Assembly: GCA_023666805.1 (NCBI GenBank)
Contig: JAMPBF010000001.1
Coordinates: forward strand, 1-61,167
DNA length: 61,167 nt
Direction of reading: 5' to 3'
From: Bacillota bacterium
GTDB taxonomy: Bacteria; Bacillota; Clostridia; Oscillospirales; Ruminococcaceae
Shown: piece after piece, positions 19,502 through 29,375 of the stretch
Layout of the letters: each line of letters opens with the position of its first letter
Position numbering within the stretch: the first letter of the stretch is position 1
The notes under the pieces: generated by a model
What the model was told of the DNA's origin: nothing
What the model saw: the letters and a program-made list of their open reading frames with translations, nothing else
The model's database searches: none
Position numbers and translations under genes: made by a program

Positions 19502-21132
19502 CAACAGCAACAATACCCGGTGAAATGAAAATTGTAATGATTCCTGCCAAACCCAAAGAAGAACTCAAAAAGGCGGCAAAGTGCTTAAAGGTAGCAGCGT
19601 ACTGTCGTGTCAGCACCGATGACAAGGAGCAGAAAACCAGTTACGAAGCGCAAATCCAATATTACACCGAGAAGATCAACAAAAACCCCGAATGGCAAAT
19701 GGCAGGTGTATTTGCTGATGAGGGTATCACGGGAACACAAGCAAAGAAACGCCCCGAATTCCTCAAAATGATACGACTTTGCAGACAAGGCAAAATTGAC
19801 GTGATACTTACAAAATCCCTCTCACGATTTGCCCGAAACACGGTTGACAGTCTAAATTACATCCGAGAGCTTCGAGTGCTTGGGATAGCAGTCATCTCCG
19901 AAAAGGAAAATATAAACACATTGACAGCGGAAAGTGAAATGCTTATAACGATAATGTCCTGCTTTGCCCAAGCCGAATCGGAGTCGATAAGCAAAAACGT
20001 AGCTTGGGGAATCCGACAGAGCTTCAAAAATGGGAACGTCCCAATGCAGTACGCCCGACTTCTTGGGTATCGAAAAACCGAGAAAGGAAATACGGAAATC
20101 GTTCCCGAAGAAGCGAAAATCGTTAGAGAAATCTTCCGCAAATACCTTGAGGGAGCAAGTATGGAGCAGATAGCAGACAGCTTGAACAACCGAGGCTTGA
20201 CAACAAAGGGCGGCAACTCTCCCTACAGAAAAATCGTAATACAACGCATACTTACAAATGAAAAATATGTAGGCGACGCTCTTCTGCAAAAGACTTACAT
20301 AACCGACTGCATTACCAAAAAGAGCCGTAAAAACAATGGCGAGCTGCCGATGTACTTGGTGAAGAACCACCACGAGCCGATAATATCCCGAACGGATTTC
20401 AACAGAGTTCAAGAGGAAATGGCTCGGCGCTCCGCAAAGCGTTCCATAGCCGAAAAGCTCACCAAAACCGAGCAAGGCAAATACAGTGCCAAATATGCCT
20501 TGTCGGAATTGTTGATATGCGGAGAATGCGGAGCGCACTACCGCAGAGTGACGTGGACGGCAAAGGGATTCAAGGAGATAAAGTGGAGATGTATCAACAG
20601 AATCCAGTACGGAAAAAGAAAATGCCATGGCTCTCCAACCATAGATGAAGAACCGCTTCACAAAGCAATATTCAGCGCTATAAACGAGTTTTGCGAAGTA
20701 AAGGACGATGTGGCAAAAGTGCTTAGAGAAAGTATAACCGAGGTGCTTGATCCAAATATGAACGGAAGCGTACAAGCGGCGCAACAGCGAATAGACGAGC
20801 TTGCCCACAATATAGATGAGCTGATAAAATTAGCAACCGTACCCGAAACAGCAGCTACAGCAATGGCAGACATAGAAAAATTCAGCGAAGAAATGAAAGC
20901 GCTGCGGAAATTCATAGAAACCGAAAAAGCAAAACAGGCGGCAACGCAGCGAAGTTCGGCAGAACTTGATATGATACTGGAACGGCTTGAAAAAGAGGGT
21001 TTTGCCATAACTGAATATGATGATATAGTTGTAAGACAGCTTATTGAAAAGATTACGGTTATGGATAAAAATAAAATTAAAATCACCTTCAAAGGCGGAT
21101 TTGAGGTGGGAAAGGAGTTAAACGGATATTGA
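19498..21132 (+). CDS. Large serine recombinase (third gene of triplet)
   Basis: AAYCRVST, FADEGITGT, KSLSRFARNT, CGEC ribbon, coiled coil. Confidence 0.95.
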   Translation: MTTATIPGEMKIVMIPAKPKEELKKAAKCLKVAAYCRVSTDDKEQKTSYEAQIQYYTEKINKNPEWQMAGVFADEGITGTQAKKRPEFLKMIRLCRQGKIDVILTKSLSRFARNTVDSLNYIRELRVLGIAVISEKENINTLTAESEMLITIMSCFAQAESESISKNVAWGIRQSFKNGNVPMQYARLLGYRKTEKGNTEIVPEEAKIVREIFRKYLEGASMEQIADSLNNRGLTTKGGNSPYRKIVIQRILTNEKYVGDALLQKTYITDCITKKSRKNNGELPMYLVKNHHEPIISRTDFNRVQEEMARRSAKRSIAEKLTKTEQGKYSAKYALSELLICGECGAHYRRVTWTAKGFKEIKWRCINRIQYGKRKCHGSPTIDEEPLHKAIFSAINEFCEVKDDVAKVLRESITEVLDPNMNGSVQAAQQRIDELAHNIDELIKLATVPETAATAMADIEKFSEEMKALRKFIETEKAKQAATQRSSAELDMILERLEKEGFAITEYDDIVVRQLIEKITVMDKNKIKITFKGGFEVGKELNGY

Positions 21133-21245
21133 AATACCGATAGAGTTATATGAATTGCTTCTGATAGAAGCAGCGGAAACAGATTCCACAGTTGAAGAAA
21201 CTGCGGAATCCGTATTTAGAAAACTTTTGGAAAGGAAGAAAAACA

Positions 21246-21863
21246 ATGCCGAGCAACGAAAAGAAAGGTATTACGGTTAAGATCGACGCTGACCTTCATG
21301 CGGAGATCAGAGAGTACCTTAAAAAACACGAAATGACGATGGCGGAGTTTATTACTCTTGCCGTACAAGACGAATTACACCCTAAAATTAATATGACGGA
21401 GGCAAAAACCATGGGAAATATGAGGACATTGGCATTCCAAGTGCCGGAGGAACTGTTTCAGCAGATAAAGGACTATTTACAGCGCAATAATATTTCACAG
21501 AAAGATTTTGTGATCGGATTGATTGAAACCGAAATTGAGCGGGATCTGACACAGAGGGCTGCCCAAAGCGATAAACATACCGAATCCGAAGAAAAAACAG
21601 AGGAAGAACAGGCAGAGCAGCAAGAAACAGCCGCTGTGAGCGATTGTGAGAACCCTTTAGAGGAAATAGAGGAACGACCCGAAGAACAAGGAAACTCAAA
21701 AATTTCGGACGATTTTGACGGCGAGGACGAAGAAACGGAAAACCTCTGCGAAGATGAGGAAATGGACGAGGCAGAAGAGCCTTCTGAAGATGAAGAACAG
21801 GTAGAAGATCAGATCGATGAACAGGAAGAAGATGAAGATATAGGACTTTCTATGAATATGTAA
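21246..21863 (+). CDS. Tandem ribbon-helix-helix protein with acidic tail
   Basis: ITVKIDADLHAEIREYL and LAFQVPEELFQQIKDYL repeats; E/D-rich C-terminus; SD GAAAGGA. Confidence 0.7.
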   Translation: MPSNEKKGITVKIDADLHAEIREYLKKHEMTMAEFITLAVQDELHPKINMTEAKTMGNMRTLAFQVPEELFQQIKDYLQRNNISQKDFVIGLIETEIERDLTQRAAQSDKHTESEEKTEEEQAEQQETAAVSDCENPLEEIEERPEEQGNSKISDDFDGEDEETENLCEDEEMDEAEEPSEDEEQVEDQIDEQEEDEDIGLSMNM

Positions 21864-21867
21864 TCAT

Positions 21868-21910
21868 TTTGTTGAAATCCGAAGCCCAAAGGTTTCGAAT
21901 TTCAACAAAG
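21868..21910. terminator. Long inverted repeat, probable terminator
   Basis: TTTGTTGAAATCCGAAGCC-caaa-GGTTTCGAATTTCAACAAA right after the stop. Confidence 0.55.
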
Positions 21911-22419
21911 TGAATACGGAATAAATTGTGATTATATATAAAAACATAATTAAGAACTTAGTCAATTAAACGAAAAAACAGATTGCCATGAATAAATTCG
22001 ACGTTTTCTGATAAATGGCTTGAAAAAATTTCCAAAATATACTATAATGAATATAGGTTGGATTGTCCTACCGTGGATAATTGTATATTATATATTGATG
22101 AATTTGATACTACTCTAAAATAAGGAGAGTGCTATAATCTCAACAACTATTCTGTTTCAGTCAAAGGCGGTTATTACTACCGTGTCACCTGTACCCATTA
22201 CGCAAAGGAAAGCGGCTTGTTCGTCAGCTCTCAGAGCGTTGACAACACTTCCAATAGCGTTTGGATAAACTAAAAATCCGTTATTGGCGGTATAGAAGGG
22301 AATGGTCTTATTGCTTGTAGGTTGATTATCCTTTTATTGTCGTTTTTTCTGCAATGGCAATTTCAATTTTATAAAAACCAAAAGCAGAAACATTATAACA
22401 AAATAAAGGGGACTTGTAT

Positions 22420-22575
22420 ATGAAGCTGAAGAAAAAATTTGCAGCGGAGTTTTATGCAAAGATACTTGGGTTTTTTATGTCGTTCTCAGCTTCAAAGAAA
22501 TTGGTTGATACAGATACAGAAAATTCAGGTAAGAAAAAGAAAGAAACACAAAAAGAAAATGATAAAGGGGAATAA
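22420..22575 (+). CDS. Small hypothetical protein (51 aa)
   Basis: MKLKKKFAAEFYAKILGFF...KGE with SD AAAGGGG. Confidence 0.4.
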   Translation: MKLKKKFAAEFYAKILGFFMSFSASKKLVDTDTENSGKKKKETQKENDKGE

Positions 22576-22614
22576 ACAGAAATAATCCCCTAAAAAAGGA
22601 GAGGAAGATTTAAA

Positions 22615-23660
22615 ATGGAAAACTTTACAAACAGTGGTTTAGCTGAATGTTACATTTCAGATGATACAAGCGGGGCAGTTGGAACAAGTGGAACAACCAC
22701 ACAGACCACAAAAAACATCTATCTTTCCGCAGGCACTGCGGCAATAAGAACAAGCCCGTCTACATCAGGTTCACTGGTATCAAGATGTGTAAAGGGCGGA
22801 TACTATCCCGCTACGGAAATTGTTAGTCCTGTTGGAAGCAGTCAGAAGTGGTTCAAGCACGCAGATACGGGTATTATTCAGCTATAACCGATACGGACGG
22901 CTCTACTTTGTTTAACGTTTACAAACAGTATACTGTCGGTACAACTAATTCACCTGTAAACGTCAGAACAGCAGCAAGCATTTCCAGTACGGTAGTAACA
23001 CAGCTTGCTGCAAATACCAAGGTTTATCTTACTGGAACAAATACTACATCTGGCGGCTACACATGGACACAGATAGTATATGGCGGTTCGCTCCGTTGGT
23101 GCGACAAGCAATGGATAAATCAGGAAGCATACCAGGAAGCATACTCATTAGCGGTAAAACAGCTTTATCAGAGTGGACAGAGTTGGTCTAACGATTATCT
23201 TGGCACGTCTTCGTCAAATTCAAGTGACACTATTGGCAAATCAGGCTGTTTGCTCACTTGTACAACAATGTACTACAATTTCCTTAACAATGCCAGTGAG
23301 ACACCAGGCACGATGAACACAAAGCTTAAGAATGCGGGTATGAATACAGTAGACCTTGATTTATCGTGTATTGCTAAATATTTTGGTTGGACAACGCTGT
23401 ATTATGAAAAATCCTCTACCTATTCTTATGATACTATTCTGACTAAGGTCAAGGGTAATTACGGAATTGCGGGCGGTCACCCCGTTATAGTTCGACTTAT
23501 TATAAAGGGCGCTGATGATATGCACTTCGTTGTATGTTATGGTTACGATGGAACAAAAATTTTGATTCGTGACCCTGCGTACTATACCAATTACACCACA
23601 CTTCAGAGCTATGTAGATGCAGGCTATTCCATAACTGGATATTATTCTTTTAAAAAATAA
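22615..23660 (+). pseudogene. SH3-domain / C39-like cysteine peptidase, frameshifted near 22872
   Basis: Two SH3b-like units (AAIRTSPS, VNVRTAAS), then SGCLLTC, HFVV, IRDP; inserting one T at ACG GGT ATT joins the two ORFs as HADTGYYSAI. Confidence 0.75.
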
Positions 23661-23683
23661 CAACAATTTTACTGAGGTAACAA

Positions 23684-24457
23684 ATGAAAAAATATTTGCC
23701 TTTTCTTGCAATTTCTGTAATGGTAGTTATGACTGGTTGTTCCACTCAATCGGCAGTGGATGAAAACGTGCAGACAAGCACGACAACATCAAGCATAAGT
23801 TACTCGGAAAGCTCCGAAGCGACTGAAAACATAACCTCGGTTGTCAAGGCTGAGGAAGACGTCACGGAAACCACCGCACCAACTGTAACGACAGACAGTG
23901 AAGCATCCAACGACAATTGTCTTGACGCTGAAGCTGTCAGGGAAACTGTTGAGCAGCTTATAGAAAGCTATCACGACTTGATTTTATCTTATAATGTTCG
24001 AAATTTCAATCCACCGATTCTTAAAAAAGGCGATTATTATAGTGATTATTATCACCTCGAAGGTACATGGGATTGGGTTGTTATCGACAATAACACTTCT
24101 ATTGAAAGCCTAAAGAAGAATTTGCAGACCACTCTCACAGGCGATTTGCTGAAGCGGTGCGAAGCTTTGATCGATGAATCCTTCAAAGTAGTGGAAGGAC
24201 AAATATATATGCACGTTACCACGTTCATAGAAAATCCGTTCAATGTTCTTGAAGGGGCTGTGGTGGAATCTTTTTTGGACTACGATTATGATACTTGTGC
24301 TGTTATAGAGCAGTCTGATGACAGCATAAGTGTTAAGGTAAATGCAGAGGATAGTTTTTCCAACGAAGGAACTGTAAGAGTGACTATACAGCTTGACGAT
24401 GATGTGTGGAAGCTTGCAGATACTTCATATGAAATACCCGATACCATGCAGCGATAG
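23684..24457 (+). CDS. Lipoprotein
   Basis: Lipobox MTGC after hydrophobic signal; S/T/E linker; SD GAGGT. Confidence 0.8.
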   Translation: MKKYLPFLAISVMVVMTGCSTQSAVDENVQTSTTTSSISYSESSEATENITSVVKAEEDVTETTAPTVTTDSEASNDNCLDAEAVRETVEQLIESYHDLILSYNVRNFNPPILKKGDYYSDYYHLEGTWDWVVIDNNTSIESLKKNLQTTLTGDLLKRCEALIDESFKVVEGQIYMHVTTFIENPFNVLEGAVVESFLDYDYDTCAVIEQSDDSISVKVNAEDSFSNEGTVRVTIQLDDDVWKLADTSYEIPDTMQR

Positions 24458-24891
24458 CTTTTATCTGCTTTCCGAAAATCTATTTGGTAACGATGTCACA
24501 GCCGCAAGGCGGCTCCTAATATGCTCCCAATCTATGTGGAGCGTATTTTTATGTATATTTCCCAAAAATCTATTTGGTAACGATGTCACATCTTTTGCAA
24601 AAAACCGCAGCTTCGGCTGCGGTTTTTTGCAAAAGGGAAACGGCTTCGTCGGTCGCCCGTTGGGCTCTCTCCTCAGCTCGTTTTAGTCTCATTTTTTCTC
24701 GAATTTCCCTTAAGGAAGTTCATTTTGCTTCGCAGCCGCAGGAAGCGGCGTGCAACCGCCCAAAGCTCTGCATGACGCAGCGCACTAAGCGGTTGCCGAA
24801 AAACACCGAAAAATTGAGGGTGTGCTTTCCCACAATGCAGTGATAGCTTTTATCTGCTTTCCGTAAATCTTTTTGATAAACAATCCCACAG
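24446..24891. repeat. Imperfect ~56-bp direct repeats (24446-24501, partial 24565-24590, 24835-24891)
   Basis: ATGCAGyGATAGCTTTTATCTGCTTTCCGwAAATCT shared by outer copies; AAAATCTATTTGGTAACGATGTCACA shared by copies 1 and 2. Confidence 0.85.
24592..24635. terminator. Perfect 20-bp hairpin with C(TTCG)G loop
   Basis: CTTTTGCAAAAAACCGCAGC-TTCG-GCTGCGGTTTTTTGCAAAAG. Confidence 0.7.
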
Positions 24892-25029
24892 TACTGCGCC
24901 TACGGTATCGTTTTCGGCGTATGAGGTTGGTTTTTTAATTTGATTTATTACCTGCCTCTTAATTTTTCTGATTTTTTTCTTTATCTCTTGAATTTCTTCG
25001 ATTTTTAATGTATAATTAAACTTGTCCAT
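24850..25029 (-). CDS. Small basic hypothetical protein (59 aa)
   Basis: MDKFNYTLKIEEIQEIKKKIRKIK...RFTESR; weak SD TAGGT. Confidence 0.3.
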   Translation of the reverse strand: MDKFNYTLKIEEIQEIKKKIRKIKRQVINQIKKPTSYAENDTVGAVLWDCLSKRFTESR

Positions 25030-25114
25030 GTTTACCTACTTTGTGTTTGGATTTGTGTGCAAACTTATTTTAACACATTTTGGCAAATATGGATATTCTT
25101 TTTTCTTAAGTTCC

Positions 25115-25191
25115 CGGCTATGGGGTCAAGACCCTCCCCTACGCAATGCATTTTTTCGTGCATAATGTAGGGGCGGGTCTTGACCCGCCCG
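25115..25191. repeat. Inverted pair of GTAG-type REP sequences
   Basis: GTAGGGGCGGGTCTTGACCCGCCCG at 25167 (+) and GTAGGGGAGGGTCTTGACCCC from 25142 (-). Confidence 0.7.
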
Positions 25192-25506
25192 CTGTACAAG
25201 TTCATAATTTGCCTCCACATTGGACTTTTTCGACAGTCTGCTAATTTTGCTTTGCAAAATTCTCTTTTTATGATAGAACAACCTCAAACTGCGGAAAGAG
25301 GAAGATTTTATTTTAATGTTTGAGAACGTTTTATCTTTTTAATTGTATCGAATTTTGCCTTGCAAAATTCTCTTTTTATGATATAATGGTTTAAGAAGGT
25401 TCGTCATTTCATGGAATTATTGCTCCGCCGATCAGATCCCGAGGAATTTCGGCAAGGCGGCAAACAAAAACGGGGGAGCGATATAAACGGAAAGGAAGTA
25501 TCGCAT

Positions 25507-26538
25507 ATGAAAAACATCACACTCGGCAGCACGGGGATCACCACCCCTCAAAACGGTTTCGGCGCTTTGCCGCTGCAAAGGGATTCGGTGGAGCGCTCCA
25601 TCGGTATCTTACAGAGAGCTTATGAGGGCGGATTTACTTTCTTTGACACGGCAAGAGCTTATTCCGACAGCGAGGAAAAGATCGGACTTGCCCTGTCCGA
25701 GGTCAGAAGCAATATTTTTATCGCAACCAAAACCATGGCGCAAAACGCCGAGGAAATGAAAAAGCAGCTGGAGACCTCGCTTAAAACCCTGAAAACCGAT
25801 TACGTGGATATTTATCAGTTTCACTGTGCGGGACGGTGCTTTAAGCCCGGGGACGGCACGGGAATGTACGAGCTTATGGAGGATTTCAAGCGGCAGGGCA
25901 TGATACGCCACATCGGGATCACCGCACACAAAATCGGAGTGGCGGAGGAATGTATAGAATCGGGACTGTACGAAACGCTGCAATTTCCCTTCAGCTATCT
26001 CTCCTCGAAAAGAGAGCTGGCTCTTGCGGACAAATGTCAGAGGCATAACATGGGCTTCATTGCGATGAAGGCGCTGGCAGGAGGGATAATTACCAATTCC
26101 CGTGCCGCCTGTGCTTTTATAGGACAATATGACAATGTGCTGCCGATTTGGGGAATACAAAGAGAAAAGGAGCTTGAGGAGTGGATCTCCTATATGAAGG
26201 AGGCTCCGACCATGAACGGGGAGCTTAAGGGCATTATCGATGCGGACAGGGAGCAGCTTGGCGGCAACTTCTGCCGAGGCTGCGGCTATTGTATGCCCTG
26301 CCCGGTGGGGATCCAAATAAACAACTGCGCCAGAATGTCCCTTATGCTCAGAAGAGCGCCCTCCGAAGCATGGCTTTCCGACGTATGGCAAAAAAATATG
26401 AAGCAGATAGAGGAGTGTCTTAACTGCGGGCAGTGTAAGTCAAAATGCCCCTACGAGCTGGATACACCGAGGCTGCTTAAGGAAAACTACGAGGATTATG
26501 TAAAGGTATTGGCGGGAAAGGTCGATGTGCGTCATTGA
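25507..26538 (+). CDS. Aldo/keto reductase with C-terminal 4Fe-4S dicluster
   Basis: FFDTARAY, IATK, DYVDIYQFH; CRGCGYCMPCP and CLNCGQCKSKCP. Confidence 0.92.
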   Translation: MKNITLGSTGITTPQNGFGALPLQRDSVERSIGILQRAYEGGFTFFDTARAYSDSEEKIGLALSEVRSNIFIATKTMAQNAEEMKKQLETSLKTLKTDYVDIYQFHCAGRCFKPGDGTGMYELMEDFKRQGMIRHIGITAHKIGVAEECIESGLYETLQFPFSYLSSKRELALADKCQRHNMGFIAMKALAGGIITNSRAACAFIGQYDNVLPIWGIQREKELEEWISYMKEAPTMNGELKGIIDADREQLGGNFCRGCGYCMPCPVGIQINNCARMSLMLRRAPSEAWLSDVWQKNMKQIEECLNCGQCKSKCPYELDTPRLLKENYEDYVKVLAGKVDVRH

Positions 26539-26566
26539 ACCGATCCCTAAAGGGAAAGGAGCACAA

Positions 26567-26686
26567 ATGAAAAAAACAAACAAAAGCGACGATAAAAACA
26601 AATTGCAGAAGCTTATGCGAAGAAACTGGATCATCGCAGGAGTTACGCTGATCTTGGCGTTTATCTGCTACTTTTTTGTAAAATGA
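26567..26686 (+). CDS. Small single-pass membrane protein (39 aa)
   Basis: SD GAAAGGAG; MKKTNKSDDKNKLQKLMRRNWIIAGVTLILAFICYFFVK. Confidence 0.6.
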   Translation: MKKTNKSDDKNKLQKLMRRNWIIAGVTLILAFICYFFVK

Positions 26687-26693
26687 ATACGGC

Positions 26694-26738
26694 AAAAGCC
26701 CCGTCCACTGCGGTTTATGCGGTGAACGGGGCTTTTTT
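26694..26738. terminator. Bidirectional terminator
   Basis: AAAAGCCCCGT...ACGGGGCTTTT between convergent genes. Confidence 0.8.
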
Positions 26739-28009
26739 CAGCGAATATATTTGCTTTTGTACTCAACGCCGTCTTGGTTGAACAAATAGGAAAGCCTCAG
26801 ACCCTCCTCGTTGTAGTTAAGGGTGTGATCCTTGAAATAAATCGAATTGATCCCTTTATCCGTCAATGAATTTAAGGCAGCTTCATCAAAGCTCCGATCA
26901 ATGTAAAGGGGGAGTATTTCAAGCAGTATTTCGGCGCAGCCCTTATCCTTGGAATAAGAGACCAAATTATTCAGGGAGCTTTTGGGGAGTGCGTCGTTTA
27001 TATCGAGATAAGGCGTTCTGACCTCGCCGTTTTGAAGCTTGTAATAATGCTGAACGTCTAAGGAGTTAAGGTCGTAATCCCGCAAAAAAACTATGCTGAT
27101 CCTGTTAAGATACTGCATTGCGGAGGCTTGGTAAATTTCGCCTCCCGCTGTGGGCTGATCGAACAGATTGAAGGTGTAATCAGTGCTGCTCAAGCTGTCA
27201 AAATTTCTCACAAAGCCGTCATAGCTGGAAACCGAGCCGAAGCAGTAGCCTCTGGACGTCATTTCGTCGGCGATATAGTCCACCGCAAAGGCATTTTTCA
27301 GCCACATCAGACCGATAAAATCGGTGATACCCTCTTCCTCGGCGTATTTAAGATACTCATCGGACACAAAAAGCTTGATTTTATTGTCTCCCAAAAGCTG
27401 TATTTCAACAGAATCGGGGTCGTTAACAAACCTTAGCGTGCTTTCATAAGAGCTTTTTACCTTGGGATAAGCTACGGGATCGAAATCGGACAGCTGACTG
27501 TCGTCGGTACAGAAAAACAGATCGTTATACTGCTCGTAGATCGGCGCCAAATAGATATAGCGGGAATTATGCTCCTTGAATTGACTGAAAACCTTGTACA
27601 AAGCGGGATCGACCGTCAGCTCCTTATTGGGGCTGCGGTTTATGGAGTAAATATTTACGATATTGTCAAAGCCCTCTATCTCGTGAAACAGACAGTACTG
27701 CGTCCTTGTTATCTCGTTATACAAGGCGGTCACGGCTTTATTCTCGGCAGAGGCATTTACGCCGCTTGCCCCCAAATAATACTGGAAAACAAACTCGGTG
27801 CTGTCGCTTTCGTTGCGGTTGGCTTCGATCGTCGTCCAGCCTCCGCCGGGGGAGAGAAAATTCATGAAGCAATAAACCAACAGTCCTACCCCTATCAAAA
27901 GGAATAGGACAGCGGCTATCGCTCTTTTTTTTACATTATCCTCCGACAGCTCTATACGCTGTACGGGCTTCGGATCGTTGGTTCTTTTATCCTTTGCGGT
28001 TCGTCCCAC
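26738..28009 (-). CDS. Divergent ApbE-like (FAD:protein FMN transferase fold) membrane-anchored protein
   Basis: N-terminal TM; NIYSIN...LTVDPALYKVF and KNAFAVDYIADEM resemble ApbE motifs, degenerate. Confidence 0.5.
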   Translation of the reverse strand: MGRTAKDKRTNDPKPVQRIELSEDNVKKRAIAAVLFLLIGVGLLVYCFMNFLSPGGGWTTIEANRNESDSTEFVFQYYLGASGVNASAENKAVTALYNEITRTQYCLFHEIEGFDNIVNIYSINRSPNKELTVDPALYKVFSQFKEHNSRYIYLAPIYEQYNDLFFCTDDSQLSDFDPVAYPKVKSSYESTLRFVNDPDSVEIQLLGDNKIKLFVSDEYLKYAEEEGITDFIGLMWLKNAFAVDYIADEMTSRGYCFGSVSSYDGFVRNFDSLSSTDYTFNLFDQPTAGGEIYQASAMQYLNRISIVFLRDYDLNSLDVQHYYKLQNGEVRTPYLDINDALPKSSLNNLVSYSKDKGCAEILLEILPLYIDRSFDEAALNSLTDKGINSIYFKDHTLNYNEEGLRLSYLFNQDGVEYKSKYIR

Positions 28010-29335
28010 TTAAATCACCGATATTAACAGAAGCAGCAGGTACAGCACGATTATGGCGCCGATAAAGATAAAGCCTGCGATAGCTCCCTTTTTACACATT
28101 TTAAAGTTGCGGATGTAGTTGCGGGACTTGAAGATAAAGGCTGCGGGCAGTCCCAAAATAGGCAGCAGGAAGGACAGGAAGGCATACCAAAAGCTTCCCG
28201 TATCGCCCGAGGGGTGCATCAGGATCTCGGCTTCAGCCTTAGCGTCGGATACCTCCTCGTTGTGCTGCTTGTTTTCCCGATTTGCTTCGCCTGTTTCGTC
28301 GATGGTGATCGCCTTTACAGGTACGCCTGCCTCACGGAGCTTTTTGTACTCCTCTATCTCCTTCTTATTGCCGTATACATAGTGATCGTGACCGATATTT
28401 ACAAATTCGGGCTTATCGGTGCTGTAATCATGGATAGAGGGATCGTAGGTGTACAGGACCTTGTTCTTTTCAAGCTTAGGGTCGGGTATGGGGATCGCCG
28501 AAATAAGAGAGTGGGTGTAGGGGTGGAGAGGATAGTCGAAAAGCTCCTCCGCTCCTGCCACCTCCACGATATTTCCCTTGTAAATAACACCGATACGGTC
28601 GGAAATAAATCTGACAACGGAAAGATCGTGAGCGATAAACAGGTAAGTAAGCTGTTTTTCCGCCTGAAATTTATTCATAAGGTTAAGCACCTGCGCTCTG
28701 ATAGATACGTCAAGTGCGGAGATAGGCTCGTCGGCAACCACCAGCTCCGGCTCCATTACCATGGCTCTGGCGATACCGATCCTCTGACGCTGACCGCCGG
28801 AAAATTCGTGAGGGTAACGGGTCAAATGCTCGGGAAGCAGACCTACCTCGGTTATGATATTTTCCACCTTTTTTACCCTGTCCGCTTCGTTTTCAAACAG
28901 GTGGAAATTGTATAAGCCTTCGGAAATGATGTAGTCCACCGTTGCACGCTCGTTAAGAGAGGCGGCGGGGTCTTGGAACACCATTTGAATATTTCTTATA
29001 ACCTCGCGGTCAAGGGAGTGGGGGATCTTTCCCGAAATGCGAACGCCCTTGTATTGGATCTCGCCGCCCGCAAGAGGATTAACTCGGATAACGGCGCGGC
29101 CTACGGTGGTTTTTCCCGAGCCGGATTCGCCTACGAGAGAGAAGGTTTCGCCCTTGTAGATGTCAAAGGAAGCGTTTTTAACGGCTCTGACCGCATTGTC
29201 GCCTTTTCCGAAGGTAATATCCACGTTTTTCAGAGAGAGAAGTATCTCTCTGCCGTCCTTGTCCTTGGGACCGTGCTCGGGAAAATGGGAAATGCGTCCC
29301 TGTTTATTTTCGGTTTCTTGATTAACTTTTGCCAC
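28010..29335 (-). CDS. oppF: Oligopeptide ABC transporter ATPase with C-terminal membrane domain
   Basis: [24 protein letters not shown]; two C-terminal TM helices. Confidence 0.9.
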   Translation of the reverse strand: MAKVNQETENKQGRISHFPEHGPKDKDGREILLSLKNVDITFGKGDNAVRAVKNASFDIYKGETFSLVGESGSGKTTVGRAVIRVNPLAGGEIQYKGVRISGKIPHSLDREVIRNIQMVFQDPAASLNERATVDYIISEGLYNFHLFENEADRVKKVENIITEVGLLPEHLTRYPHEFSGGQRQRIGIARAMVMEPELVVADEPISALDVSIRAQVLNLMNKFQAEKQLTYLFIAHDLSVVRFISDRIGVIYKGNIVEVAGAEELFDYPLHPYTHSLISAIPIPDPKLEKNKVLYTYDPSIHDYSTDKPEFVNIGHDHYVYGNKKEIEEYKKLREAGVPVKAITIDETGEANRENKQHNEEVSDAKAEAEILMHPSGDTGSFWYAFLSFLLPILGLPAAFIFKSRNYIRNFKMCKKGAIAGFIFIGAIIVLYLLLLLISVI

Positions 29336-29375
29336 TTTTATTATCATTCCTTTCACGAAGAAAATCGTTTATGCC

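Larger units (their letters stand above)
17640..24891 (+). mobile_element. Second integrative element (ICE/IME-like) with serine recombinase triplet; right end uncertain
   Basis: LSR + short recombinase-domain ORF + LSR, AT-richer, followed by cargo and direct repeats. Confidence 0.6.

Noticed and set aside
24446-24891. tRNA or tRNA-derived att site
   Set aside because: No cloverleaf, T-loop GTTCRA or CCA end recognisable
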